DNA of 64,000 bases. Source: an uncultured Methanosarcinales archaeon. Lineage in GTDB: Archaea; Halobacteriota; Methanosarcinia; Methanotrichales; Methanotrichaceae. The stretch's first letter is position 1. Every line of letters begins with the position of its first letter. Under the pieces are notes generated by a model. The model did not search any database. It had not been told where the DNA came from and saw only the letters and a program-made list of their open reading frames with translations. The DNA lies in NCBI GenBank assembly GCA_963843555.1, contig CAWJKV010000017.1:1-64000 (forward strand), in the 5' to 3' direction. The translations under genes and the position numbers were made by a program. This document shows, piece after piece, positions 46,427 to 57,164 of the stretch.

Positions 46427-46822
46427 ATGAAAATCATATACACCAAAGTATTCGTTAACGATCAAGATAAAGCCTTGAAGTTTTATACTGAAACCCTGGG
46501 CTTTGTGAAGAAAAGCGACATCACCGCGGGGGAATACAGGTGGCTCACCGTTGTCTCGCCTGACGATCAAAACGGTACCGAGCTTATACTTGAACTGAAC
46601 GATAATCCAGCAGCAAAAACATACCAGAAAGCAATTTTTGAGCAGGGTATTCCCGCGACAAATTTCGGCGTTTCTGATGTTCGCGCAGAGCATGAACGAT
46701 TGAAGAAGCTCGGTGTGAAGTTCACAATGGAGCCAACAGAAGTAATGAAGCATGTGACCATAGCCGTCTTCGACGACACCTGTGGCAACTTGATACAAAT
46801 ACAACAAACGGCGCAAAAGTAA
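46427..46822 (+). CDS. VOC/glyoxalase-bleomycin resistance family protein
   Basis: FVNDQDKALKFYTETLGF, RWLTVVSP and AVFDDTCGNLIQI. Confidence 0.9.
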   Translation: MKIIYTKVFVNDQDKALKFYTETLGFVKKSDITAGEYRWLTVVSPDDQNGTELILELNDNPAAKTYQKAIFEQGIPATNFGVSDVRAEHERLKKLGVKFTMEPTEVMKHVTIAVFDDTCGNLIQIQQTAQK

Positions 46823-46867
46823 GCCGTTCAACTGAAAAATAACGTGTTTTATTGAAATAGAGGAGGT

Positions 46868-47476
46868 GTGAATAACATGAGAAAGATTATCGTTTTAACA
46901 TTTATTTCGCTTGACGGTGTCATGCAAGCTCCTGGCGGGCCAAAGGAAGATACCTCCGGGGGTTTCAAGTATGGCGGGTGGGTGATACCCTATTTTGACG
47001 AAGCTTTGGGTAAGGTCATGGATGAGCAGATGGGACACCCATTTGATTTGCTACTTGGCAGAAAAACCTACGAACTGTTTGCCGGCTATTGGCCTGGTCA
47101 CAAGGATGAAGGCCCGGGCATCAATAACGCGACAAAGTATGTTGTTTCGCATTCGCCTCAAGCATTCACCTGGGAGAAATCGGTGCTCGTCACAGGTAAT
47201 GTGCTGAATGAAATAAAAAAGCTGAAAGCGCAAGATGGGCCGGAACTGCAGGTTCACGGGAGCAGTGCGCTGGTTCAACTGCTTCTTGCAAATGACTTAG
47301 TTGACGAATTTTGGCTTAAAATCTTTCCCGTGACACTCGGTCATGGAAAACGCCTGTTTGATGAGGGAACGATGCCTTCAGCGTTCAAGTTGACCAAAAG
47401 CACGGTAACACCTGCTGGAGTGATTGTTGCCAATTACGAACGCTCGGGGGAGGTAAAGACAGGATCGATTATATAA
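46868..47476 (+). CDS. Dihydrofolate reductase-like (RibD C-terminal domain) protein
   Basis: FISLDGVMQAPGG, LLLGRKTY, VHGSS and LVDEFWLKIFPVTLGHGKRLF. Confidence 0.9.
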   Translation: MNNMRKIIVLTFISLDGVMQAPGGPKEDTSGGFKYGGWVIPYFDEALGKVMDEQMGHPFDLLLGRKTYELFAGYWPGHKDEGPGINNATKYVVSHSPQAFTWEKSVLVTGNVLNEIKKLKAQDGPELQVHGSSALVQLLLANDLVDEFWLKIFPVTLGHGKRLFDEGTMPSAFKLTKSTVTPAGVIVANYERSGEVKTGSII

Positions 47477-47571
47477 TGGGCTTGTGGAAGAAAGCAGGAT
47501 TTATTATAACTTCATAAGGCCGCATTTGGGACTTTATGGGACGACACCCGCAGAGATGGCCGGAGTCGGGG

Positions 47572-48222
47572 TTAATGGAAGTTGGGAAGAGTTATTGAGG
47601 AGGAGCATAGATAGGAAATTATAGATAATTTATTTGCCATCTCATGAAGGCTTGCAGGAATTCCTTGCATCCACTCGTAGTTCGGATTCCAGAAAAATGC
47701 CTCCAACAACTCATCTGTTATATTGCGCTTCAGGAATTCCTGCCTAATTCTGATAATCTCGCCTAAATATTTTTGATTGAAATCTTTTAAAACTTCTGCT
47801 TCAAAAACAACCCTGCGATTGGTATTCTCGGACCATTCCTTCAGGCTATCGTTGCGATTCGTCATATTGTAATTTGTCGTGCTGTTATCAAAAAGAGGTA
47901 TTAATTTATATTTTTTTATATTATTATCACCTACAAAACCAGAAATACTATTAGCTAATTCGTTCGCTTGATTCTTCAATGATTCATTACTCAAATCGCC
48001 TTGATTTGCGTTAGAAGACTTGTTTGATACTAAATCTTCTGGTATGTTTATATAAAACGTGTTTTCCTTCGCAGAATTGCCGGAGATTCTATCCCACAAA
48101 TTAAGAGCTGGATCGGTGAGAATTAATACCAAAATTAATGCTCCAAGAACCTTTTGCCAAGTCTTCATTGCATTCCACCCCGCAATAAGGTCCATGAAAT
48201 CCATGTTAAGCGGTTGAAACAA
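47572..48222 (-). CDS. AT-rich hypothetical protein with an N-terminal membrane anchor
   Basis: KTWQKVLGALILVLIL followed by an Asn-rich region. Confidence 0.6.
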   Translation of the reverse strand: MFQPLNMDFMDLIAGWNAMKTWQKVLGALILVLILTDPALNLWDRISGNSAKENTFYINIPEDLVSNKSSNANQGDLSNESLKNQANELANSISGFVGDNNIKKYKLIPLFDNSTTNYNMTNRNDSLKEWSENTNRRVVFEAEVLKDFNQKYLGEIIRIRQEFLKRNITDELLEAFFWNPNYEWMQGIPASLHEMANKLSIISYLCSSSITLPNFH

Positions 48223-48634
48223 TTAAGATATAAGCCCTTTCCACAAGAATACTTTACGTTATTTCTAACACTGTTAACTCTCTTGTAGTAACATGATTTG
48301 GCTAACATAGTTAGTTCTCGCCACTAGAATGCAACACCAATCTAAAACACCTGAAGATGCAACAGAACCACTATGGGCAATGCTTATATAGAACTTCAAT
48401 CTTGTAATTGCTGATGGAGCAAAGCGCCTATATTATTTACTGCATCACCTTAAAATCCGGTTTAGAACGGACCTCATTCTAGCTTGGCTCAGGCCATTTG
48501 GCAATCTCTTGCATAGTAGCGCGATCTTTATCAAAAAATTTTGCGTTGTCATTATGTTCAATGGGTCGTCTATATCGCAGCACAGTATTATAAATAAAAT
48601 TGCATAAAAATATATGAGTCGGAGGTGACTCGCC

Positions 48635-49327
48635 ATGATGAACCGCACTATGAAACTACTTCTGCTATCGGACATATTCGTTCTCACAGGATTCGGGCTG
48701 ATACAGCCCATACTTGCCATTTACATAAACGGTGGTGGTGTGACAGGAGGCACCATGCTCTCTGCGGGTCTCGCGAGCGCTCTCTTCCTCTTCACCAAAT
48801 CCATGGTGCAGCTTCCCTTCGGGCACTATGTGGACAAACAGCCGGGCAAGACAAAGTGGCTGATCCTGGGGACGTTTCTCATGGCCGGCGTTCCCATAAT
48901 TTACATCACAGCGAACAGCATTTATCATATCTATCTGGCAGAGGTGATTTACGGACTGGGGAGCGGCCTTGCCTACCCCACCTGGCTGGGCCTGTGGTCC
49001 GCTAACCTGGATAAAGGGCGGGAGAGCTTCCAGTGGTCCGTCTACTCCACGTCTACCGGACTTGGCACAGCAGCGACGGGAGCTGGGGGCGCTGCTGTCG
49101 CCAGCGTGGTGGGCTTCAATGTCACCTTCATCATGGCCGGACTGCTCTGCATGTTGGGCTGCATGGCCCTTATTTATATGGGGCGGAGGAGTGCGATGAA
49201 GGGGGAGTGCCTGGGGGGCGAGGCCCCTTTCCGCAGATTTAGCACGAGCTTTGCCTTCTACAGCAGGAGGCCATTAGATTGGGTCTCTCGCCTTCGCCTA
49301 ACGATTATCAACAGGATATTGAACTGA
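48635..49327 (+). CDS. MFS-like membrane protein, half-length
   Basis: About 6 hydrophobic helices with GLIQPILAIY and PFGHYVDK; GGAGGTG upstream. Confidence 0.75.
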   Translation: MMNRTMKLLLLSDIFVLTGFGLIQPILAIYINGGGVTGGTMLSAGLASALFLFTKSMVQLPFGHYVDKQPGKTKWLILGTFLMAGVPIIYITANSIYHIYLAEVIYGLGSGLAYPTWLGLWSANLDKGRESFQWSVYSTSTGLGTAATGAGGAAVASVVGFNVTFIMAGLLCMLGCMALIYMGRRSAMKGECLGGEAPFRRFSTSFAFYSRRPLDWVSRLRLTIINRILN

Positions 49328-49376
49328 GGCGGAGATCTTTTGGAAAAAGTTAATATAAGCCCGGCCAATGTAATAG

Positions 49377-49886
49377 ATGGTAGCAAGGAGGAAATTGTCT
49401 TTGCAGAAGAAAATTGCGCTTTTGGTCGGCATTGCAGCGATGATCTTATGCAATGCCTCTGTTCTTGCCCAGGAGTCGAGGCCTGATACTGGAACATTCA
49501 TAAAAGAGAGCATGATGGATGGCAGGGGTGAGCTTGACATCATCAACAATGGGGCAGATGATGCGGTTGCAGCTCTTAAAGAAAATAAAACCGGGATCCT
49601 GGTTGGGGCGGTTTATATCCGCGGGGGAGACGTTTTCAAGTTGATCGGAATTGAAGACGGCAGCTATGACCTCTACTTTAAGCAGGGGCAGAGCTGGAAC
49701 GCCAGCCTCAAAAAATTCGATGACGAGGCAGGACAGAGCCGGATGGACGATCCTTTGACCTTTGAGACCGTAAGAGTTCCCGAGGGGATCCGCTATTCCA
49801 TGGTAGAGATCACTTTGAATGAGGTCCTGGGTGGAAATACGATTGCAATTCCTGTGGATGACGAGGAATTCCCGGATTTGAGATAA
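49377..49886 (+). CDS. Secreted hypothetical protein
   Basis: Signal peptide followed by IEDGSYDLYFKQG. Confidence 0.7.
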   Translation: MVARRKLSLQKKIALLVGIAAMILCNASVLAQESRPDTGTFIKESMMDGRGELDIINNGADDAVAALKENKTGILVGAVYIRGGDVFKLIGIEDGSYDLYFKQGQSWNASLKKFDDEAGQSRMDDPLTFETVRVPEGIRYSMVEITLNEVLGGNTIAIPVDDEEFPDLR

Positions 49887-50171
49887 TCGGCAAGGCACCA
49901 CTTCTGTGGGGCGGTGGCGTACCTCTATACAGACTCCTACTAGAAACTGACAGAGGCAAAAAGAAATTCACCTCCGACTCAAATTTTGTTAAGCAGAATT
50001 GTTTACAAAAGTCAAACATGGTTGATAACAATGCAAAACATTCTTAAGCTTAAGCCGGAATAAGCATGCTGACAGGTGCTTCTCAATGGAAATCATTCAC
50101 TCTGCCCGGCCCAAGACATCCATCCCGGAGAGCCTACACTCAAAAGCGAATATTCTTTTGGAAGAATTTTC

Positions 50172-52211
50172 ATGCCGACTAAGCTAATTGCATCCCTCTG
50201 CCCCTACTGCGCCGTGGGGTGTGGCCTCTACCTGGAAGTCGACAAGGGCAGAGCCACAGGTATCGAATATATGAATGACCACCCCGCTTGCGAGGGGGCG
50301 CTCTGCCCCAAAGGCAACGCCCTCCTGGAGATTCTGAACCATGAAGATCGGCTCAAGTATCCCATGAAAAAGGCAGGCGACGGATTCGTTCGTATCACAT
50401 GGGACGAGGCCCTGGACCTGGTGGCCCAGGGGCTTCTCAGAAATATCCGCAAGCACGGGCCGAAGTCCCTGGGTTTCCTGGCATCCTCCCGCTGCAATAA
50501 CGAGGAGAACTACCTCATGCAAAAGATGGCCCGCCTCCTGGGCTCGCCAAATGTGGACAATTGCGCCAGGCTCTGCCATTCTCCGACTGTTGTGGGCCTG
50601 GGGGCTTCCTTTGGCGCCGGGGCCATGACCAACAACCTCCTGGATCTGGAAAACTCGAAGTGCATCTTTGCCATCGGCACCAACTTCACAGAGGCGCACC
50701 CCATCGTCTCCCGCTGGGCGCTGAAGGCCAGGGACAGAGGAGCAAAAATAATAGTCGCCGACCCCAGGATCACCTCGACCTCCTGGATGGCAGATATCCA
50801 CCTGCGCATAAATCCGGGATCTGATATCGATCTTCTCCGGGCTATGATGAAAGTCATCCTGGAGGAGGGACTGGCGGATATGGAGTTCATACGCTCCCGG
50901 ACGGTTGGCTTCCAGGATCTTCAAGAGAGCCTGTCGGACTTCTCTATACAGGATGCAGCAGAGAAGACGGGCGTAACTTCAGGCGAGATCATAAAAGCGG
51001 CCCGGGTCTATGCGAAGTCGCCAGCTTCCGCTCTCCTTTACTCTATGGGCATCACCCAGCACGTCTGCGGCACGGACAACGTCAAAACCTGCGCCACTCT
51101 GGCTCTCCTCTGCGGCCAGATCGGGCGGCCGGGCGCAGGCGTCTGGCCCATGCGCGGCCAGAACAATGTGCAGGGGAACTGCGATATGGGGGGCATGCCT
51201 GAGTTTTATCCCGGATACAAGAGATCTACAGATCCCCAAACCATCGAGTTCTTCAAGGCCGGCTGGAGCGTTCCAGATCTTCCACTCGGACCAGGCCTGA
51301 CCTCCACAGAGATGAATGATGCAGCTATAGACGGTCGCTTGAAGGCGCTCTATATAATTGGCGAGGATCCAGTGGTATGCGATGCCAATGTCAAAAAGAC
51401 CCGTCAGGCATTAGAGAGCTTGGATTTCCTGGTGGTGCAGGAGATCTTCATGACTCCGACGGCAAGACTGGCAGACGTCGTATTGCCGGCTGCCGCCTGG
51501 GCAGAGAAGGATGGCAGCTATACCTCCATGGAACGGCGAGTGCAGTGGATTGATAAAGCTGTGGAGGCACCGGGTGAAGCCAGGGAAGGCCTGTGGATCG
51601 TCTGCCAGATTGCCAGACGTCTGGGCCTTGAAATGCCATATGAGAATGCAGGCGGGGTGTTGGCGGAGATCAACCGCCTGGTTCCTCAATATGGAGGCAT
51701 GACCCGGGAGAGGATCTCGAAGATTGGGGGCCTGCGCTGGCCCTGTCCGGATGAGAAGCATCCCGGCACGGATATCCTGCACGCCCAGAGGTTCTCGACG
51801 CCCGACGGCAAGGCCAGGATGACGACAGTGCAAAACACGCCGCCGGGCGAGGCTGTGACTCCTGAATACCCCATCTTGCTCACCACGGGCAGAATAGTGA
51901 TGCACTATAACAGCGGCTCCATGACCATGAGGAGCGCCTCTCTGCAGGAGCGCGATCCGGAGCTCTATTTGGAGATGAATCCACTGGATGCTGCACAGCT
52001 CAAAGTTGCCAATGGAGACCTGGTGGTGGTCAGCACGCGCCGGGGTCAAGCGGAAGCCAGAACCAGGATCACTGAAAAGGTCTTGCCTGGCATGGTCTTC
52101 ATGCCCTTCCACTATCACGGCACGAACCTCCTGACATCTGACGCACTCGATCCTGTAGCCAAGATCCCGGAGTACAAGATGGCAGCCTGCCGGATTGAGG
52201 CCAAGGTTTAG
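50172..52211 (+). CDS. fdhA: Formate dehydrogenase alpha-subunit-like molybdopterin oxidoreductase (Cys form)
   Basis: CPYCAVGC...LCPKG, CARLCHSPT, RGQNNVQG and VFMPFH. Confidence 0.9.
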   Translation: MPTKLIASLCPYCAVGCGLYLEVDKGRATGIEYMNDHPACEGALCPKGNALLEILNHEDRLKYPMKKAGDGFVRITWDEALDLVAQGLLRNIRKHGPKSLGFLASSRCNNEENYLMQKMARLLGSPNVDNCARLCHSPTVVGLGASFGAGAMTNNLLDLENSKCIFAIGTNFTEAHPIVSRWALKARDRGAKIIVADPRITSTSWMADIHLRINPGSDIDLLRAMMKVILEEGLADMEFIRSRTVGFQDLQESLSDFSIQDAAEKTGVTSGEIIKAARVYAKSPASALLYSMGITQHVCGTDNVKTCATLALLCGQIGRPGAGVWPMRGQNNVQGNCDMGGMPEFYPGYKRSTDPQTIEFFKAGWSVPDLPLGPGLTSTEMNDAAIDGRLKALYIIGEDPVVCDANVKKTRQALESLDFLVVQEIFMTPTARLADVVLPAAAWAEKDGSYTSMERRVQWIDKAVEAPGEAREGLWIVCQIARRLGLEMPYENAGGVLAEINRLVPQYGGMTRERISKIGGLRWPCPDEKHPGTDILHAQRFSTPDGKARMTTVQNTPPGEAVTPEYPILLTTGRIVMHYNSGSMTMRSASLQERDPELYLEMNPLDAAQLKVANGDLVVVSTRRGQAEARTRITEKVLPGMVFMPFHYHGTNLLTSDALDPVAKIPEYKMAACRIEAKV

Positions 52212-52334
52212 CTGAAGTATTGCCAGATCCGAGCCTGGGGTTGGGAGCCATTCAGGATTGGCTCTGGCAATGGCCAGTGTCGAGACCGCTTGCCGGAAGG
52301 GTGTGAATTTTAGGGCGACTTCATTATTTGAATG

Positions 52335-52998
52335 CTAAGTCAGGGCAGAATCATCGAACTCAATCTTCTTTTGAGTTTGGAAAGACCCCGTATAGGTCTG
52401 TTCGCTTTTATTCATATTGATCGACCACCCTCGCATGTTCTTGATATTCCAGAGTCCCTCAAAGGCCAATTCTGTGCCATAAGACATTGTATTATTGAAG
52501 CGGTTGATAGACCTGATCATATTGGTCTCGCTCTTGTCCACATGGCTCAGATTGAACCTCTCGCTTACACTGGCGCCAATGCCCTTTTCGAATTGTGGTA
52601 GACTCAGGCTTTTCCTATTCTTGAGTTGTCCACCTGTAAAAACCAGATCAGACTTCTGGGTGAATTCGACTTCTTTGACGAATCTTATTCATGTTTCGTA
52701 GAGATTCGAAGTTGATTGAGCCAGTTCCTTTCATCCAGCCGCTGGAATCCACTGCATTGTCGTGAAATGATCCTTTGATGGATACCTCGCCGGAACCCCT
52801 TACCGTTGATGACTCATCAAAAAGAAATCCCTTACCAGCAACAGTACTCTCATTTACAGGTGGTCTGTTTCCATAGTCAGGAGCATGAAAAGGCACACTT
52901 GGATCATGATCTGCTGCTTCTGCACCGCAGAAGAAGCCCGCTGCCAACGCTAAGGCCAAAACTCCAGTGAAGACCAGACCGATCAAATTCCCTTTCAC
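52335..52998 (-). CDS. Secreted hypothetical protein, frameshifted
   Basis: Signal peptide MKGNLIGLVFTGVLALALAAG; continues into ORF 52335..52541. Confidence 0.65.
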
Positions 52999-53149
52999 TA
53001 AAAATCATGATGGCTAGATGAGATAATTAATCTTTTGTTCCAATCTCATTTAATTCGCAGCTCGTCAGAAGCCCAAGAGGTCCACTCGCTCATGAAAACC
53101 TTCTTAACCCATTCCCTCCTACATCGATGCCTAACAGGCAGGGTTTAGG

Positions 53150-54178
53150 ATGAGAGAGGTATTGCTGGAATCTCGGGAAGACAAAACGCAGGTCTATCTC
53201 CCGGAGAAGTGCATCGGCTGCGGGACTTGCGTCCAGGTCTGCCCCAAAGGGGAGCTGATCATCGGTTCAGTGGGACCTGTGGTCCGCGGGCTGATCGATA
53301 AGGACTTCATTGAGAAGAGAAAGAGCGGGGCCTGCGTCTTCTGTGCGCTTTGCGCTCGCGTCTGCCCTACAGGCGCTCTGGAGGTCAGGACCGCTGGCAA
53401 GGCGGAAAAGGACGATTCCTATCTGAGCGTGGCTCTCAAGCCAACCGTCGTCGGTGAGAGTTGTGTGCACTGCGGCCTTTGTAGCGAAGTCTGTCCCCAG
53501 GCCTGCATCGAGCTGAAGGACAGGCATCTGGCAGAGGATGGCAGCCTCAGGCTGGGAGGCCAGACGCTGATCAATCTGAACCGCTGCGTGCATTGCGGCT
53601 GGTGCGCTTCCGTCTGCCCCACAGGGGCCATCTCCTTTGAAAAGCCATTCGCAGGCGTATACAGCCGTGATGAAAACGTCTGCCAGGTCTGCAAAACCTG
53701 CGTGCATACCTGTCCTGCCAATGCCCTCTTCAACCGGGATTGGAAGGCGGGCGAGAGGGGCGAGAACGTTACACACAGAAAGGACGCCTGCATCTACTGC
53801 GGAGCCTGCGCCCAGTCCTGCCCGGTGCGGGCTATAACCGTTCGCAAGACTGCCATTATTCCGGAGATGAAAGGGAAAACGGCCTTCGAGAAGAAGCTCG
53901 CACCTCCTGCTCCCTGGCCCACTCTGACCTCACTACTCGAGACGGACGAATTGGCATGCCTGGGCTGCGGAAACTGCGTCATCGCCTGTCCGGTGAATGC
54001 TCTCTTCGATCCCTACCTGGCAGCAGGACACCTCAATGAGATGGACGAGAAGCCTCTCCTGGAGGTCAAGAACGGCACAGTCAAGGTAGTGAACCAGGAG
54101 GTCTGCGGCTCCTGCGCTACCTGCAGCATGATCTGCCCGGTAGATGCAATCTGGCTGGTTCCGAGAGAGGTGGTCTGA
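53150..54178 (+). CDS. fmdF: Formylmethanofuran dehydrogenase subunit F (polyferredoxin)
   Basis: Eight CxxCxxCxxxCP motifs; first gene of the FACDB run. Confidence 0.88.
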   Translation: MREVLLESREDKTQVYLPEKCIGCGTCVQVCPKGELIIGSVGPVVRGLIDKDFIEKRKSGACVFCALCARVCPTGALEVRTAGKAEKDDSYLSVALKPTVVGESCVHCGLCSEVCPQACIELKDRHLAEDGSLRLGGQTLINLNRCVHCGWCASVCPTGAISFEKPFAGVYSRDENVCQVCKTCVHTCPANALFNRDWKAGERGENVTHRKDACIYCGACAQSCPVRAITVRKTAIIPEMKGKTAFEKKLAPPAPWPTLTSLLETDELACLGCGNCVIACPVNALFDPYLAAGHLNEMDEKPLLEVKNGTVKVVNQEVCGSCATCSMICPVDAIWLVPREVV

Positions 54179-55965
54179 TGGCAGCGAATTCTATAAAGAC
54201 GACAATTATCAAAAACGGTTACGTCTTCGACCCTCTGAATGCAATAAATGGCGAGGTCAAGGACATATTCATAAAGGACGGCAAAGTTGTGTCAGGCCTT
54301 TCCGGCCCGGAGACGAGAGATGCCACAGTGATCGATGCCAGAGGAAAGACCGTCATGCCCGGCGGTGTTGACTCCCACTCTCACGTGGCCGGAACCAAAG
54401 TGAATACCGGCCGGCTCATGCGTCCGGAAGACCACTACCGATCGGTTCGCAAAAAGACGGATTTAACCCATTCCGGCAGCGGCTATACAGTTCCTTCCGT
54501 CTACAAGCAGGGCTACGAGTACGCGGCCATGGGCTACACCACAGTATTCGAAGCCGCCATGCCGCCGCTGGAAGCCCGCCATACGCATGAAGAGATGCGC
54601 TCAACTCCCATTCTGGATATGGGCGCTTACATGGTCTTCGGCAACAACTGGTTCATCATGCGTTACCTGAAAGAGGGAGACATTGAGAAGGCAGCCGCCT
54701 ATGTCGCCTGGATGATGAGGACACACAAGGCCTACGGCATAAAATGCGTCAACCCGGCTGGCGTCGAGAACTGGGGTTGGGCCAAGAACGTTCGCAGCCT
54801 GGACGAGCCCAATATTCACTTCGAGGTCACTGCCCGGGAGATCATCAGAGGCCTGGCTGAGGTCAATGAGATGCTGGGCCTTCCCATGTCCCTGCATCTG
54901 CATGCCAATAATCTCGGCCATCCAGGCAACTGGGAAGTAGCCAGAGACTCGCTCATGATAACCTCGGATCTGGATCCGAAGAGCAAGACGGAGTCTGGAA
55001 TGGGCAGAGACCAAGGAGAACGCCAGGAGAAGACAGACCGTTTATCTCGCCCACGCCCAGTTCAGTGCCTATGGAGGATCGTCCTGGAGGGACTTTTGCT
55101 CAGGCGCTCCGGAACTGGCGAAGTACATCAACCAGGTGGATAACGTGGTCATCGACAGCGGCTCAGTTCCTTTTGGTCCAGCCACCACCATGACCGGCGA
55201 CGGCCCGGCCCAACACGATCTCTACATGCTTACCGGTCAAAAGTGGTCCAACTGCGATGTAGAACTGGAATGCGGCTCAGGCGTCCTCTCCTTAGTCGTA
55301 CCTGAAGAGCAGCCCGGTTCACAGCACCATGTGGGCGATCGGATTGGAGATTTTGCTCCTGGTTGACGACCCCTGGAAGACCATCATGACCACGGATCAT
55401 CCCAACGGCGGCATCTTCACTCAGTACCCGCAGCTGATCACCTGGCTCATGTCCAAGAAGGCCAGAGATGATACTGCCAAGGAGTGCCACAAATGGGCTT
55501 ACGAAAAGATCGAGCCTGGGCGGCGTGGACAGGGAGATGAGCCTCTATGAGATTGCCATTCTCACCCGAGCCAATTCTGCCCGGACCATCGGCATGGCCT
55601 ACCGCAAAGGCCACCTGGGCCTGGGAGCGGACGGGGATGTGACCGTCTATGATCTCGATCCGACAAATCTGGATGTAAACGATCCTGTAAACCTCATCGC
55701 CAGGCTGTCCCGGCCGGACTATACAGTAAAGGACGGCCAGATCGTGGCTCGACAGGGAGAGATCGTGGCGGTGCCCGATGGTCGCAGATACTATTGCCGG
55801 CCTTATGTAGATGAGACTCTGGAGAAAGAGATGATGTCGGACGTAAAGGACTGGTTCAAGTACTACACAGTCGGCTTTGCCAACTATCCCGTACCGGAGA
55901 AGTACCTGAAAAATCCGGTGCCGATACCTGTCAACATGCCTCTGGAGGCAGTGGCGAGGAGGTGA
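54178..55965 (+). CDS. fmdA: Formylmethanofuran dehydrogenase subunit A, frameshifted
   Basis: MPGGVDSHSHVAG, KCVNPAG, HLHANNLG, TTDHPNGG and GHLGLGADGD. Confidence 0.92.
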
Positions 55966-55970
55966 GACTG

Positions 55971-56793
55971 ATGGCGGAAATCAAACTTGTACCCAAGGGC
56001 AAGATTGGAATTACAGTCGAGGCGGAGGTCATCCGGCCCGATGAGTTTTCCAGGATGTCAAAAGAGGAGATAGAGCGACTGCAGGTCTGGCAGGGGCCGA
56101 GAGAGCTCCCCTTGAGCTGAGTTCTTTGATGTGAGCGTCCGAGAAGGCGGCGCGCCGGAGGAAACCAAAATCGTAATCGATGGCGATGTATCCCGCGTAA
56201 AGCGCATCGGCCAGGGCATGAAAGCAGGGAAGATCGAGATCCATGGGGTCGGCAGGAATGCATTTGGGCGCAGAGATGGCCGGCGGCAGCATCTTCGTTC
56301 AGGGAAGTGCCGGTTCCTGGGCCGGCATGGAGATGAAGGGCGGCCTGCTGCAGGTAGCGGGCAGCGTAGGAGACCATGTGGGTTCTGCCTACCGGGGAAG
56401 CTGGCGGGGGATGACCGGCGGTCAGATCCAGATTGATGGGAACGCACGCAGCCAGCTGGGCGGCGGCCTGGTCGGGGGCCAGATAGTAGTAGCCGGCAAC
56501 GTGGAGAATTTCTGCGGCAGTGCGCCAGAGCGGCGGCCTGATTCTGGTCAAGGGCAATGCCGTGCGGGGCTTGGGCGCAGAGATGACCGGGGGCACTGCT
56601 GCCATCCTGGGTGAGATCAAGCAGTTCTGCCCGGGCTTCATGGAATCGGGCCATGGAGGATAATCCAAAGTTAGGGGAGCTGCAGTTAGAGGGAAGGTTT
56701 GCCAGGTTCACAGGCGACTATGCCATAAGCAAGAACCCCAAAGGTGTACTTTACTGCAGGGAGGGCTGTAAGAATGGAAAGAGTTTCTGCTGA
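55971..56793 (+). CDS. fmdC: Formylmethanofuran dehydrogenase subunit C, frameshifted
   Basis: GDVSRVKRIGQGMKAG, GMHLGAEMAGG and GSAYRGSWRGMTGG. Confidence 0.88.
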
Positions 56794-57161
56794 ATACCGG
56801 CAGCACCATTGAGGAGGGCAGGCTGGCCAAGGGCGGCAGCAAGCTCACCGATGACTACACGGAGGAGTGCGCCGTCTGCGAGATGAATCTGGAGGACTAT
56901 CTGGCGTTAGGATCGCCTGATAGGGTTATGGTCACCAGCCAGGATGGGCACAACGTGGTCGTTTATGCCTATGCGGATGAGAGGGTCCTGTCGCATCAGG
57001 TCTTCATGCCCAGGGCCATCTGGTCCAATGTAGTGGTGGACCCGGAGACCTTCTCCACAGGCTCGCCGCTTTACAAGGGCTCGCCGGTCAGGATAGAACC
57101 CACAACCGAGAAGGTCCTCTCGGCGGAGGAACTGGTTATGAAGTTATACGTGAGGGGTTAG
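56774..57161 (+). CDS. fmdD: Formylmethanofuran dehydrogenase subunit D, frameshift near the start
   Basis: FLLNTGSTIEEG, VFMPRAIWSN and TGSPLYKG. Confidence 0.85.
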
Positions 57162-57164
57162 ACG

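Noticed and set aside
46232..47566. gccggagt on both sides of the VOC-DHFR block as a target-site duplication
   Set aside because: It is only 8 bp with no terminal repeats or transposase, which is compatible with chance.
56110..56130. In-frame TGA in fmdC as selenocysteine
   Set aside because: It results from a one-base indel, and the homologous frame resumes as AEFFDV. The FdhA and FmdB active sites use Cys.
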